From contig OZ241917.1 in NCBI GenBank assembly GCA_965203805.1, forward strand, positions 3,744,001 through 3,808,000: a stretch of DNA of 64,000 nt, written 5' to 3'. The translations under genes were made by a program, and so were the position numbers. Below the pieces are notes generated by a model that was given only the letters and a program-made list of their open reading frames with translations, had not been told where the DNA came from and made no database searches. Source of the DNA: Candidatus Latescibacterota bacterium. GTDB taxonomy: Bacteria; Latescibacterota; UBA2968; GCA-2709665. Shown one piece after another: positions 39,136-48,623 of the stretch; position 1 is the first letter of the stretch, and every line of letters starts with the position of its first letter.

Positions 39136-41667
39136 ATGCTCTACTGCATCGCACATAGCGAACCGCTCCAGCTTAACCTTAAGCGGATTCTTCTTCTCAA
39201 CGGAAGCATTTGGGTATGTTGGTTCACTCTAGTGCCGTGTATTCCCGCGATTGGTCATGAATCGAACCTGCCCACGAGGACTGCTGCCACCGTACGTATA
39301 CGTGAGACCCCTCCCAGAATAGATGGGATAATAGATGATCCTGTTTGGCAGATCGTTCCAGTGACTAGCGAGTTCAGGCAACGTGAACCCGATGTAGGTA
39401 AGGCCGCCACAGAAAAAACTACAGTTCAGATTGTCTACGACAACAAGGCGATTTACATCGCTATCCGGTGTCACGACGAAAATTCTGGTGAGATTGTAGC
39501 GCGGAGAACGCGTCGCGACTACTGGGTCGATATGGATTGGGTTGCCGTGCACATTGATCCGCTTCATGACCATGAAACTGGCTACGTGTTCCAAGTTGGT
39601 GCCTCTGGATCGATGTTGGATGGAATTCTATTTGACGACAGTCTCCGTGATGTAACGTGGGACGGTGTCTGGGACGCAAAGGTTTCAATCGACGAATATG
39701 GATGGAGCACCGAAATTCACATACCCTTCCACGTGGTGCGGTTCGTTAGTGAGAGTAGCCGATCAGATAATTATTGGGGTATTAATTTCGAGCGACATGT
39801 GTTGCGTCGACAAGAGCGCAGCCACTGGAATCTTGTTCCTCAAGGACAGAGCGGGTGGGTCTCCCGTTTTGGGCACTTAGAAGGGCTTGAGAATGTCGGC
39901 GACCCAACACATTTGGAAGTTAGTCCTTTACTAGTCACGCGCATTGCTGTCAGTAAGTTTGATAACCGAGATCCAATGATCCAAGCCGGACTAAATGCTC
40001 GCTACAACATCACTCCAAATCTCACCTTAGACGTTGTGCTTAACCCTGACTTTGCCCAAGTCGAAGCCGACCCCGCGGAACTGAATCTAACAGTCTTCGA
40101 GACGTTTTTGGAGGAGAGGCGCCCCTTTTTCGTTAAAGGGAAAACCTTGTTCAAGTCACCAGAGCCCCAGATCCATGGGATAGGCAAGCCATCTCAGCTT
40201 TTCTATTCACGTAGAATTGGACGCCCACCCAACCGTTTCCCAATCCCGTTAGAGAGCGAGGAGTGGAGCCGTCCATCGGCAACAACTATCCTCGGTGCCG
40301 GGAGGTTCTTTGGTAAGACGCGTCAAGGGACATCTTTCGCTTTTATCGACGCACTTACTGCAAAAGAAAAAGTTGATATTACAGCAGTTCCTTCAGCAGG
40401 GACGGAACACATTGTGGCTCGTCGAAACTTCCTCATAGAACCTTTGACAAACTACTTTGTTGGAAGAGTAAAGCATGACTTTCGGAGGAAATCCTCAATT
40501 GGATTCACACTTACAACCGTCAACTATTCAGGGTCCAATGGTTCCTATGTTGGAAGTTTTGACAGTTCGACAAAGTGGAAGGAGAATGTATATCGACTCT
40601 ACACGAGATTATCGGGTAGCAGCACGGATCCTGCTGACGAACGATCGAACGGATATGAAGCAATTGCGTACTTCTCGAAGCTATCGGGCTTTCTAGGTGG
40701 TCAGATATACCTTGATGCACGTTCTCCCGGCTTCAACGCCAATGATCTTGGTTTTATGAAACGCAGCAATCGTACGCAGTTGGGCGCCCATGTCTTTGCA
40801 AAGAAGCTTAAGCCATGGAAACTAGGACGAAGATCCGCACTAAATGTAAACGTCTGGGAACATCGATCCTTTCGGGGACTCCGACTTGCGAGAGGCGCGA
40901 ACGTCAACGTCTGGAACCGTTCACATAGGTATTGGCTCTTTAGAATTGGACTTAGCAGGTGGTTCTCGTCTGAAAGTGATCTAGAAACCAGAGGAGGACC
41001 TGTAATGAAACAACCTGCAACTGTAGCCTACTGGCTAAATTTCAACACCGACGACCGCAAACATATCAGTTTGCTATTTTCGCTTTCGGGTTCCGTACGC
41101 GATGGCTCACTAGACCACTCAAGGGTGATCCGTTCGAGAGCAACAGGAAGAATAGGCTTAAATTCGCAGATTCAGCTCTCCGTTGAATCTTCGTACAAAG
41201 TGTATAGAAATGGTGCCCAATGGGTTGCGAACATGGAGCGGGCTACATCTACGCATTACGTATTTGGCGCATTGGAAAGTAAGATCATCGACCTAACGAT
41301 ACGCGGACAAATCGCGTTCAGGACGAATCTGACATTACAAACATATCTGCAGGGCTTTTCCACAACAGGAAAGTACTCCAACTTCAAGGAACTATCTAGA
41401 CCCTACTCCTACGAATTCCTCCCGTTTTTGTACTCGGGTGAGAATCCAGACTTTCGACGCCGTTCGGTCCGGAGCCACATTGTGTTGCGGTGGGAATTCA
41501 AACCCGGGAGCAGCGTGTATCTTGTGTGGTCCCAATTGCGCGAAGCGATGAAAGAAGGTACGTCGCAGTTTACTTTTCGGCCTCTGTCTGAGCTACTGCG
41601 GAGTTTCGCTGATGAAGGGAGGAATATCTTTTATATGAAGTGCAACTTTTGGATGGACTTGAAGTGA
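39136..41667 (+). CDS. DUF5916-type protein: CBM9/DOMON-like N-terminus plus a predicted outer-membrane beta-barrel
   Basis: PRIDGIIDDPVW, WSTEIHIPF, NPDFAQVEAD, EERRPFF, LFYSRRIG, LRWEFKPGS. Confidence 0.85.
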   Translation: MLYCIAHSEPLQLNLKRILLLNGSIWVCWFTLVPCIPAIGHESNLPTRTAATVRIRETPPRIDGIIDDPVWQIVPVTSEFRQREPDVGKAATEKTTVQIVYDNKAIYIAIRCHDENSGEIVARRTRRDYWVDMDWVAVHIDPLHDHETGYVFQVGASGSMLDGILFDDSLRDVTWDGVWDAKVSIDEYGWSTEIHIPFHVVRFVSESSRSDNYWGINFERHVLRRQERSHWNLVPQGQSGWVSRFGHLEGLENVGDPTHLEVSPLLVTRIAVSKFDNRDPMIQAGLNARYNITPNLTLDVVLNPDFAQVEADPAELNLTVFETFLEERRPFFVKGKTLFKSPEPQIHGIGKPSQLFYSRRIGRPPNRFPIPLESEEWSRPSATTILGAGRFFGKTRQGTSFAFIDALTAKEKVDITAVPSAGTEHIVARRNFLIEPLTNYFVGRVKHDFRRKSSIGFTLTTVNYSGSNGSYVGSFDSSTKWKENVYRLYTRLSGSSTDPADERSNGYEAIAYFSKLSGFLGGQIYLDARSPGFNANDLGFMKRSNRTQLGAHVFAKKLKPWKLGRRSALNVNVWEHRSFRGLRLARGANVNVWNRSHRYWLFRIGLSRWFSSESDLETRGGPVMKQPATVAYWLNFNTDDRKHISLLFSLSGSVRDGSLDHSRVIRSRATGRIGLNSQIQLSVESSYKVYRNGAQWVANMERATSTHYVFGALESKIIDLTIRGQIAFRTNLTLQTYLQGFSTTGKYSNFKELSRPYSYEFLPFLYSGENPDFRRRSVRSHIVLRWEFKPGSSVYLVWSQLREAMKEGTSQFTFRPLSELLRSFADEGRNIFYMKCNFWMDLK

Positions 41668-42241
41668 GGAACTGCCGAAAGATCCGAATTTGAGATCTCT
41701 GTTTCAAAGTGAGACAATTTTACCCAAAATGAGAGAACGAAGTAAAGGGCGAGGAGCAGCAGAGCTGGCCTGCGAACCGTGCGATCTGTCGTCGCTATTG
41801 CGGTATAGCTAAAAGGTTTGTCCATCCCCGGATACGGTGCATACTTTCAGTTAACCGGCTTTCACGCACTGAATGCAACTTGGTGAGGCCGTCGTTGATC
41901 CTGTGGGCACCAAGCGCCCGATACAAGACCTATTGGCAGGCACAAGGTGCTATCTCGGCACAAAAAAAGGACGGTTGACCATGGTATTGGTGCCCAACAA
42001 AGTGCTGGAGGCGATGCGAGATCTCGAGCGCTTTAACCGACGATTCACTCACGTCGATGCGCCAGGGCGCATAGGCATCCGGCGGGGAATCCACTCCACT
42101 TCCGCATTCCGAACAGGACGGCGCATAAGACTCAACGGCCATTCCGTTACCAGCCTGCCAAGACACGTCGAGCGAAGGCTATGTGGCCGACAATCCTCAT
42201 TTTCATAGGAATGCCGTGCCGATATTGGGAGATTTCAGATT

Positions 42242-42871
42242 ATGTGGCACGTTAGCGACCTCTATGTGATGCTGGATCTGACGGCATACTTTAACAACGA
42301 CGGGATCTCTTGCGATGCAGACCGCACAGACGGCGACTTTACGGGTCTAGGAAATACGTACCCTGAGGAGGATTTGCCGGCATCCAATTCAGTCTTAGTA
42401 TGCGACGGTGTGGTATTCCGATTTCCTGACAAGAAAGACGGCCTTAATAACAACATCTGTCTCGAGGGCCAATGCATCCCGGTCCCTGAGGATCGGTACG
42501 ACGGCCTCTGCCTTCTCGGAGCGTCTAGTGGCTTCAGCGTGGAAGATAGCGTTCGTTTTCGATTGGCGGATGGTAGGTGCGAGAATGAGTTTCTCGGACT
42601 GAGTTCCTGGCGGTTATGTCACAGTTTAAAGTACGGTGAACGAGTGGCAATCAAGTGTTCCGGGTATCACTTTCCGTCACAGCATGTGTATACCGACCGA
42701 ATCGATGTGGACTATGGAATTTGGATGCAAGTCATCCCAATTCGCAGCCTCGGGCTTGTGACCTATATCGAATTCCCCGACAATCCGGATCTGCATATTT
42801 TCTCAATCACCATGCGTCGGGTACCCGTATTTGAGAGCGATGTCAATGATCTGCTTGATGATGCGACTTGA
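42242..42871 (+). CDS. hypothetical beta-sandwich protein (LDL..YFNNDGIS type, resembles glycosidase accessory domains)
   Basis: LDLTAYFNNDGIS...GDFTG.GNTYP...GVVFRFP...NNI...GQ...LLGAS; GGAG SD. Confidence 0.65.
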   Translation: MWHVSDLYVMLDLTAYFNNDGISCDADRTDGDFTGLGNTYPEEDLPASNSVLVCDGVVFRFPDKKDGLNNNICLEGQCIPVPEDRYDGLCLLGASSGFSVEDSVRFRLADGRCENEFLGLSSWRLCHSLKYGERVAIKCSGYHFPSQHVYTDRIDVDYGIWMQVIPIRSLGLVTYIEFPDNPDLHIFSITMRRVPVFESDVNDLLDDAT

Positions 42872-43179
42872 GGATCGCTGTAATGGTGCCGCGTCAGGTA
42901 AGAGTAAAGTGGACTTGGGGATCAAGAACACAATTGTATCTTTAGACGATTCTGTCGATAACCATTTCCCGCCGGGATTGTGCCTATATTGTCGTCAAAT
43001 AAGCGAGTTTCGTTTGCAGCACATCGATCTGTGCTTGTCGTGGTTGCTACCGTGAATAGAGTACCCGAAGTGGCGGTCAGACCGACCCGTTGACGGGTGT
43101 GGGAATCGCACCGAGTGTTTGTCGTCGGTGGTGCTGTGGATGAAGCGCCGGAACTCCATTCGGCCTCACTGTTGTCGGT

Positions 43180-44170
43180 CACGGTGTTGGTGCATCATCA
43201 TAGCAATCCAGCAATTGAGGTCCTAGGGCAGGGCGATGGCGATGTAGCCTCAGTTGCCGACCAAGTCATACGGGGGCACGCGCAAGGCATTGACGCCGTT
43301 TATGAGTTGCTCCATGACTTTCTCGTGATCACATCGCTGGTTGGCACACGCGACGACGATGTCTTGGGGCTAACGTCCGTGCGCGTGGTGATATAGGAGA
43401 AATTACGGTACTCGTCGAACAGGACAAAGTCACCCTTCCTTTTGCTGATGTTCTTGCGCAGAACCGAGACGCCATACCCACGTTGACAGCGCAAGGGTTG
43501 TTAGTTGAACTCGGCCGGGTGTTCTTGGTTCAGGACCATGTTGGCGGAGGCCCGCGTGTGGTCGATGTGCTGTTTCCCAGGGGGGTAGTTGCGCTTGTGG
43601 TCGGTCACGGTGTGATAACGGGGTTCGCGTTGCGGGCTCTGCCATTGTGCCTGGTCGAAGGCTCAGCACAGGAACCATCGCCGCATTGGCGTCCATCTCG
43701 AAGATGAAGTCGACGTTTTTCGCCCAGCGATCCAAATGTCTGGTCAAGGAAAATTCGGTGTCGCCTCGTACACACATACGCTTGGCGTGGGACTGTACCA
43801 GGGCGATCGCGGCGTGTCGATACACTGTGCTGAGTCGGTGTGGCTGGGCACATTCCCCTGTCGATTGACCAGGAAAAGCACTTCCTTCGTGTTGGCCAGT
43901 GAGATCACCAGCGGATGGTAGCCCCAGGTGCCCTTGTATGAAATGTCCACACCGGTTTTGCGCTTTCCATACGTCGGCACGTTTGTGCCCTCTACGTCGA
44001 TACAGGTAATGTCACCAAGCAAGTTGCGCCCTCGCGATGCCAAAAACGGAGATCGCATCGCATTGATGTACGCCATTAGTTCGAAGATGTCTCGTTCCGA
44101 GAGGTGCCAGCAAGAGTCACCCGCTGTGGCCGGATCGGGTATCGACTCAGCACCTAAGGCATTTTTGAAC
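43180..44170 (-). pseudogene. degraded IS1380-family transposase
   Basis: Fragments IPDPATAGD, IDVEGT, WGYHPLVISLANTKEVL, VRGDTEFS and EQLINGVNAL, with several frameshifts and stops. Confidence 0.85.
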
Positions 44171-44368
44171 CAAAACGGCTGTATATCTGGTTACTGGCGT
44201 GTAGCCAGTAAATGATCCGCGGGCGGTAAATGTGCATCTATGTCACGACTGTTATCGGACTCTCGTCGGGAGATGCGGCGCGGGTGGATTTCGGCACGTG
44301 TCTGCCTTAGGCCTCAATTTCGCCCTCCCTCTCTGGCCCCGTTACCGACTATATTTGAGGTAAGCAGC

Positions 44369-45382
44369 ATGAAGCGGCTTATTTCGGGTGTTCCGTTCAG
44401 CGATTGTGAATATTACCCGTGTGGTCACGTCGCATTAGATGCCCTACTTGGCTTCTACGGTTACGCCACACCACTGGTTCTACACGACCAGTGGATACTT
44501 CTTTACCAGCGCCCACAAAACGGTAAGGTTCGCATTAAGACGCGTGTCGATTCCGAGCTTCAAAGCTTAAAACAAGTGGGAATCGGTGTCGTAACACATC
44601 GCGAACGCGATAGTGAGACTGCTTGGAAGGAACTAAAATCGAGGATTGATGACGAAAGACCCGTCGCCGCGATGCTTGATACGTTTAACCTTGAGATGTA
44701 TTATTATCCAGGTCTCGGGCACCATTCGGGCCATTACGTGATTGTCGATGGATACGACGAATCGTTACAAACAGTCCATATCGTGGATCCCTCTTGGATT
44801 GTTCGATTTCGAGGAGATCTGCCGTTTTCGGGGTTCAGAGAGGGTTGGGGGTCGAAGCATATTCCACAGTACAAATGGATGGAATTCAAGATATCAGAGC
44901 CACGTTGGTCAGTCTCCGCCGACTGGATATTTGCAACCCTCCGACGAAATATAAAAATGATGCATTTGAAAGAGGTACCGTCGCCCGAAGTATTCGTCGG
45001 ACTGAACGGAATGAAAACTCTCTCGGAAGACCTTAACCGCTGGAATGAGGGGGGTGACAATAAAGCGCCGGCGTATTTGAAGCAAATGTACGATCAGATC
45101 CGGTTCCTTATTATCGAAAGGGACGGTCATGGTAGGTTCCTTAAACTGGCTGCTGACATACTTGGTTTGCCGATGTTGGCAAACGTCGGAGAAGATCTCC
45201 GCACCCTAACTCAGAAATGGATTGTTTTCAGAAATCTCTGTCTGCAAGGGTACCGGAGAAACCCACCCGGGATATTTGAAAAGCTTCTCGCGCGCATTCT
45301 GGAGCTTGAATCTTTGGAAGAAGCTGCGCTTGATGGATTGCGGGAGATTGTAGAAGCAAGAGAACGCAGAGAATGTAAGTAA
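44369..45382 (+). CDS. stand-alone BtrH-like (papain/C39-fold) acyltransferase
   Basis: YPCGH (Cys), RPV...DTF.L.Y, GHYVIVDGYD (His), VDP (Asp), helical C-terminal domain with GLNG. ATG 44369 follows GAGGT. Confidence 0.82.
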   Translation: MKRLISGVPFSDCEYYPCGHVALDALLGFYGYATPLVLHDQWILLYQRPQNGKVRIKTRVDSELQSLKQVGIGVVTHRERDSETAWKELKSRIDDERPVAAMLDTFNLEMYYYPGLGHHSGHYVIVDGYDESLQTVHIVDPSWIVRFRGDLPFSGFREGWGSKHIPQYKWMEFKISEPRWSVSADWIFATLRRNIKMMHLKEVPSPEVFVGLNGMKTLSEDLNRWNEGGDNKAPAYLKQMYDQIRFLIIERDGHGRFLKLAADILGLPMLANVGEDLRTLTQKWIVFRNLCLQGYRRNPPGIFEKLLARILELESLEEAALDGLREIVEARERRECK

Positions 45383-45530
45383 TCTTGCTCACGCGATAGG
45401 TGTCTCAAGTATAACGTGAGCTTGAAATGTCCTATCGTGACGATCGCGGCCGCTAATGATAAGGTTTGAGCGGTCATTTTGGTTTTGCCAGAGTTAAGGC
45501 GTGGTTCCTGAACGGCGCCGGTTTGGTGAT

Positions 45531-45734
45531 TCACTGAAGGAGGGATTTGATTAGAGGAACAACGACGCATGCCAGGACAACGCCAAGCGTCCACTTGATC
45601 AGCTTGATGTCGCTTTGCATTGCTGATAGCTTCTGCTCGAAATCGGCTATTTCTTCGGCGGCTTCGCTGGCGGCTTCTTCCGGGGCGCCGGCGGCGACCA
45701 GAGCGGCGTATGTCTTCGAAAGCATGATGGGCAT
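45531..45734 (-). CDS. small coiled-coil protein with a C-terminal TM helix (DUF1640/CCDC90-like)
   Basis: TYAALVAAGAPEEAA.EAAEEIA...IKWTLG followed by a hydrophobic tail. Confidence 0.7.
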   Translation of the reverse strand: MPIMLSKTYAALVAAGAPEEAASEAAEEIADFEQKLSAMQSDIKLIKWTLGVVLACVVVPLIKSLLQ

Positions 45735-46089
45735 TTGCTATCCCTTCCTATTGAATGTTGGAGAATGGTACAATGCCCTTGACACGCAGATCATCGAGGC
45801 CTTGTCCATTCGTCAGGAGCCATCGATACAAGATACACACTTGCCGCCTAATTGAAAAGATACTTGGTCGTTCACGCGAGTACGGTTTGCAGGAATCTCT
45901 GGTCTTGGCCTGTCGTACGATCCCTGTGCCAGTGTCCTGTCCCAGAAATACCTCACCATTCTTCCGCAGGTTCATCCCGTCTCGCTGCGTTGCCATCGCT
46001 CGCCGACCGTGCCAGGTCGGTGGCGCCTTGCGAGCCGGGCGACTCTGCGGCCGAATTCAGGCAACTTTTTTCCGGGACAGAACATCAGG

Positions 46090-47352
46090 TCATTCAATAT
46101 ATCCCAGGTTTCTCAATCTTGACGCCAGAATGTCGGCCTCGGCCCGTGTGGTTTCCTGTGCCTGAAGGTGTTTGTAATTCGACCCGTTCAGGATCTCGTT
46201 CCGGACAGCCCTGTACGGACCGGGATCTTCGCACCGCAGGTTTGCACCGCCGAACACGTCCCGCAGCACATAGTCCTCGCCGTCCTCTCCTTCTCTGTAG
46301 AATACCCGTCCGTCCGAAATCGACCACATCCGTAAACCATCGACGTCCCGCTTCAGTTCCACGCCGTCCATCGCCACGCGCGAAGTCACCCGTTCGCGGG
46401 CGACCTCCAGGTTTCCCGGATTCAGGAATCCCGAGCCGTAGGAATTGTCGAGTTCCGAATACACCCAGCGGCGCCGAAAGGGTTCCGCACTCCCCAGAAA
46501 ATCCAGGCCATATCCATTATAGTCTACCTCGAGTCCGGCCAGGTTGACGATCGTGGGGAACAGATCGATCATCGACATGGGCCCCTCCGGCAACCTCAAC
46601 CCGTCGTGTGCCGGAACGGATGCCAGCAGCGGCACGTGGATTACGTTCTCATGCAGGAAATCACCGTGCGCCATCACCTCGCCGCAGAAACCCTCGCCAT
46701 GGTCTCCAAGGACAAATACCGCCCAATCGTCCAGGTCCACTCGCTTGAGGATCTCCACGAGCAGGAATTCCTGTACGTGCGTCGCCGCCGCGTAATAGAA
46801 CCGCAGCGCCTCTTTCGCGCGCCCCGCATCCACCAGCGCTTTCAGGTTCGGCGCACCTCGAATCCCCCTCGCCCCGTACCCGCCGTGGGTATACCAGAAA
46901 TGCAGAAAACAGAACCGGGGCCGGTCCTCTCCGTCGAACGTCGTATGCAACAGGTCTTCCATGGATCCCAGATGCTGGTCTTTCGCGGCGGGATCCATCG
47001 GTCCGATAAACCGCTCATAGTCCAGAAACCGGAAAACGTCCCTGCGCTCGGACCGGGCATGGATTTCGAACCCCGCATCCGAAAACAGCTGAAACAGATT
47101 CGGTATCCCGGCGAACATCTTCAGATACGTCTGCCCGTTCAATCCGTGCTCAAATGCATATAACCCCGTGAACAGGGACGTGTGAGACGGGCGCGTTGCC
47201 GGGGCCGTCACGAAAAACCGCTCGCCGAAAGCGAAGTCCCTGGTCAGCACGTCGAACTTTGGCGTGTTCAGCCGGCGATTGACCCGGCTCACCGCGTCGT
47301 ACCGCAGGCAGTCGACGGAGATCAGAAGAAACTTGTCAACCGGGCGACCCAT
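46090..47352 (-). CDS. sulfatase-like hydrolase/transferase (alkaline phosphatase superfamily, Thr nucleophile)
   Basis: ISVDCLRYD, TRPSHTSLFTG, HFWYTH, GDHGE, HG...HVPL, LRNLGY. Confidence 0.85.
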   Translation of the reverse strand: MGRPVDKFLLISVDCLRYDAVSRVNRRLNTPKFDVLTRDFAFGERFFVTAPATRPSHTSLFTGLYAFEHGLNGQTYLKMFAGIPNLFQLFSDAGFEIHARSERRDVFRFLDYERFIGPMDPAAKDQHLGSMEDLLHTTFDGEDRPRFCFLHFWYTHGGYGARGIRGAPNLKALVDAGRAKEALRFYYAAATHVQEFLLVEILKRVDLDDWAVFVLGDHGEGFCGEVMAHGDFLHENVIHVPLLASVPAHDGLRLPEGPMSMIDLFPTIVNLAGLEVDYNGYGLDFLGSAEPFRRRWVYSELDNSYGSGFLNPGNLEVARERVTSRVAMDGVELKRDVDGLRMWSISDGRVFYREGEDGEDYVLRDVFGGANLRCEDPGPYRAVRNEILNGSNYKHLQAQETTRAEADILASRLRNLGYIE

Positions 47353-47474
47353 AGCAATTCGAAATTCGCATGAATGGACAGGAAGGACCGGATAAGAACC
47401 CAAAAGCCGGAAGACTCCAATTAAGTCCAGAATTCGCCTTTTGGCAAGTACATCAGTTCCGATTTATTCATAAG

Positions 47475-47502
47475 TTGACATCCGCCGGATCGCACTTATC
47501 AT
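47475..47502 (+). promoter_or_regulatory. sigma70-type promoter of the 47.5-58.1 kb operon
   Basis: TTGACA-N16-TATCAT just upstream of ATG 47517/47526. Confidence 0.55.
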
Positions 47503-47516
47503 GTTGCTCATTCTCA

Positions 47517-48605
47517 ATGACGAATATGAACTCAATAAAGCGCGGGTTCGATCTGCGCGGCACGCTCGAATGCGGCTGGAATATCTTCAAACGCAAGGGA
47601 TATTCGAATCATCCGCGGGACATATCGGTCAACCACGACTATATCGACCACCTTGCCGAGTCCGGCCTGAACTGCATTGTCGTGTTCTGGACCAATGCCG
47701 GAGGTTTCAACGACGCCTGGCATGAGGCGGTCGAACATGCGCACGCCGTCGGTCTGAAGCTCATCCGCGCCATCTACGGATTCAGCGGCGGCGGTTCCGA
47801 ATACACCATGGCGGAACCGGACGCGCCTGCGCACCTGCTGCGGACCGGCGTGAAGGGGCCGGATATCGCCCTCTGTCCGCACGACGCTGAAACACGCGCC
47901 TGGATGGGTGATATTCTGGCCGATCGACTCGCGCCCGGCGTGGACGGCATCGACATCGAGCCCGCGCGTGAAATCGGCCGTAACTGCGTATGCGACCGCT
48001 GCAGGATCCTTCGCCCCTATCAGTGGGACGCCTTTGTAATCGGTATTATCGCCGAACGCCTGTACGCCATCAAACCGGATGCCGAAATCCTGCTGCACCT
48101 CAGCATGGCGACCGATAGACCCGGAAAACAGCAGATGTCGACGGACCTCCAGGGTCTGCCCGAATCCATCCGCCACATTTTCGCCTGGGGCGCTGACGAC
48201 GAATCAAGCCTCGTCGACTGGCTGGACGCCGATCCCAGATTCGAACCCTTCGCCAAACTCGGCCGCGTCCTTCTGTTTCCGGATGGGACGACGCCGGTCC
48301 TCTCCGTCCAGGAGCGCGTTGCACGCACCTTTCGGTGGTGCAAGCTGGCCGCGGATCGGGGGAAGACCGGCTATCTGTTTGACTACCGCATCTTCGGCGG
48401 AAGGGAGTGGCAGGGGCACGAGGCGGATGTCCCCCGGACCCGAACGGGCGGCAAACGGCCCGCATCGGTCACACTGATGGGTGCGGCTATGAAGAATCCG
48501 TATCTGGATGAAGCGGGACGGCATGAACTTATCGCCCGCCTGAAGTCCGAGTGCGACTGGGATCTGGATCATCCCGCTCGCTTCTACAATTCACCCGCCG
48601 GATAA
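47517..48605 (+). CDS. hypothetical protein, possible glycoside-hydrolase-like TIM barrel
   Basis: DYIDHLAESGLN, LCP, VDGIDIE and CxCxxC motifs; host-like codon usage. Confidence 0.55.
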   Translation: MTNMNSIKRGFDLRGTLECGWNIFKRKGYSNHPRDISVNHDYIDHLAESGLNCIVVFWTNAGGFNDAWHEAVEHAHAVGLKLIRAIYGFSGGGSEYTMAEPDAPAHLLRTGVKGPDIALCPHDAETRAWMGDILADRLAPGVDGIDIEPAREIGRNCVCDRCRILRPYQWDAFVIGIIAERLYAIKPDAEILLHLSMATDRPGKQQMSTDLQGLPESIRHIFAWGADDESSLVDWLDADPRFEPFAKLGRVLLFPDGTTPVLSVQERVARTFRWCKLAADRGKTGYLFDYRIFGGREWQGHEADVPRTRTGGKRPASVTLMGAAMKNPYLDEAGRHELIARLKSECDWDLDHPARFYNSPAG

Positions 48606-48623
48606 AGTCTCCCATTCAATTCA

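Larger units (their letters stand above)
7500..46080. mobile_element. AT-richer genomic island carrying an NRPS biosynthetic gene cluster (boundaries approximate)
   Basis: Visible drop in GC and GC3 relative to the flanking housekeeping genes, with dense IS/MITE/intron debris. No integrase or tRNA site seen. Confidence 0.75.

Noticed and set aside
41873-42208. 111-aa ORF between DUF5916 and the beta-sandwich gene
   Set aside because: No motif or clear SD; probably degraded intergenic or mobile DNA.
45405-45500. attC-like site (TAAC...GTTA)
   Set aside because: Poor internal complementarity, no integron integrase and no array of similar sites.
7500-46080. prophage/ICE or tRNA-targeted island
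   Set aside because: No integrase, phage, conjugation or tRNA genes, and no flanking att direct repeats found by eye.
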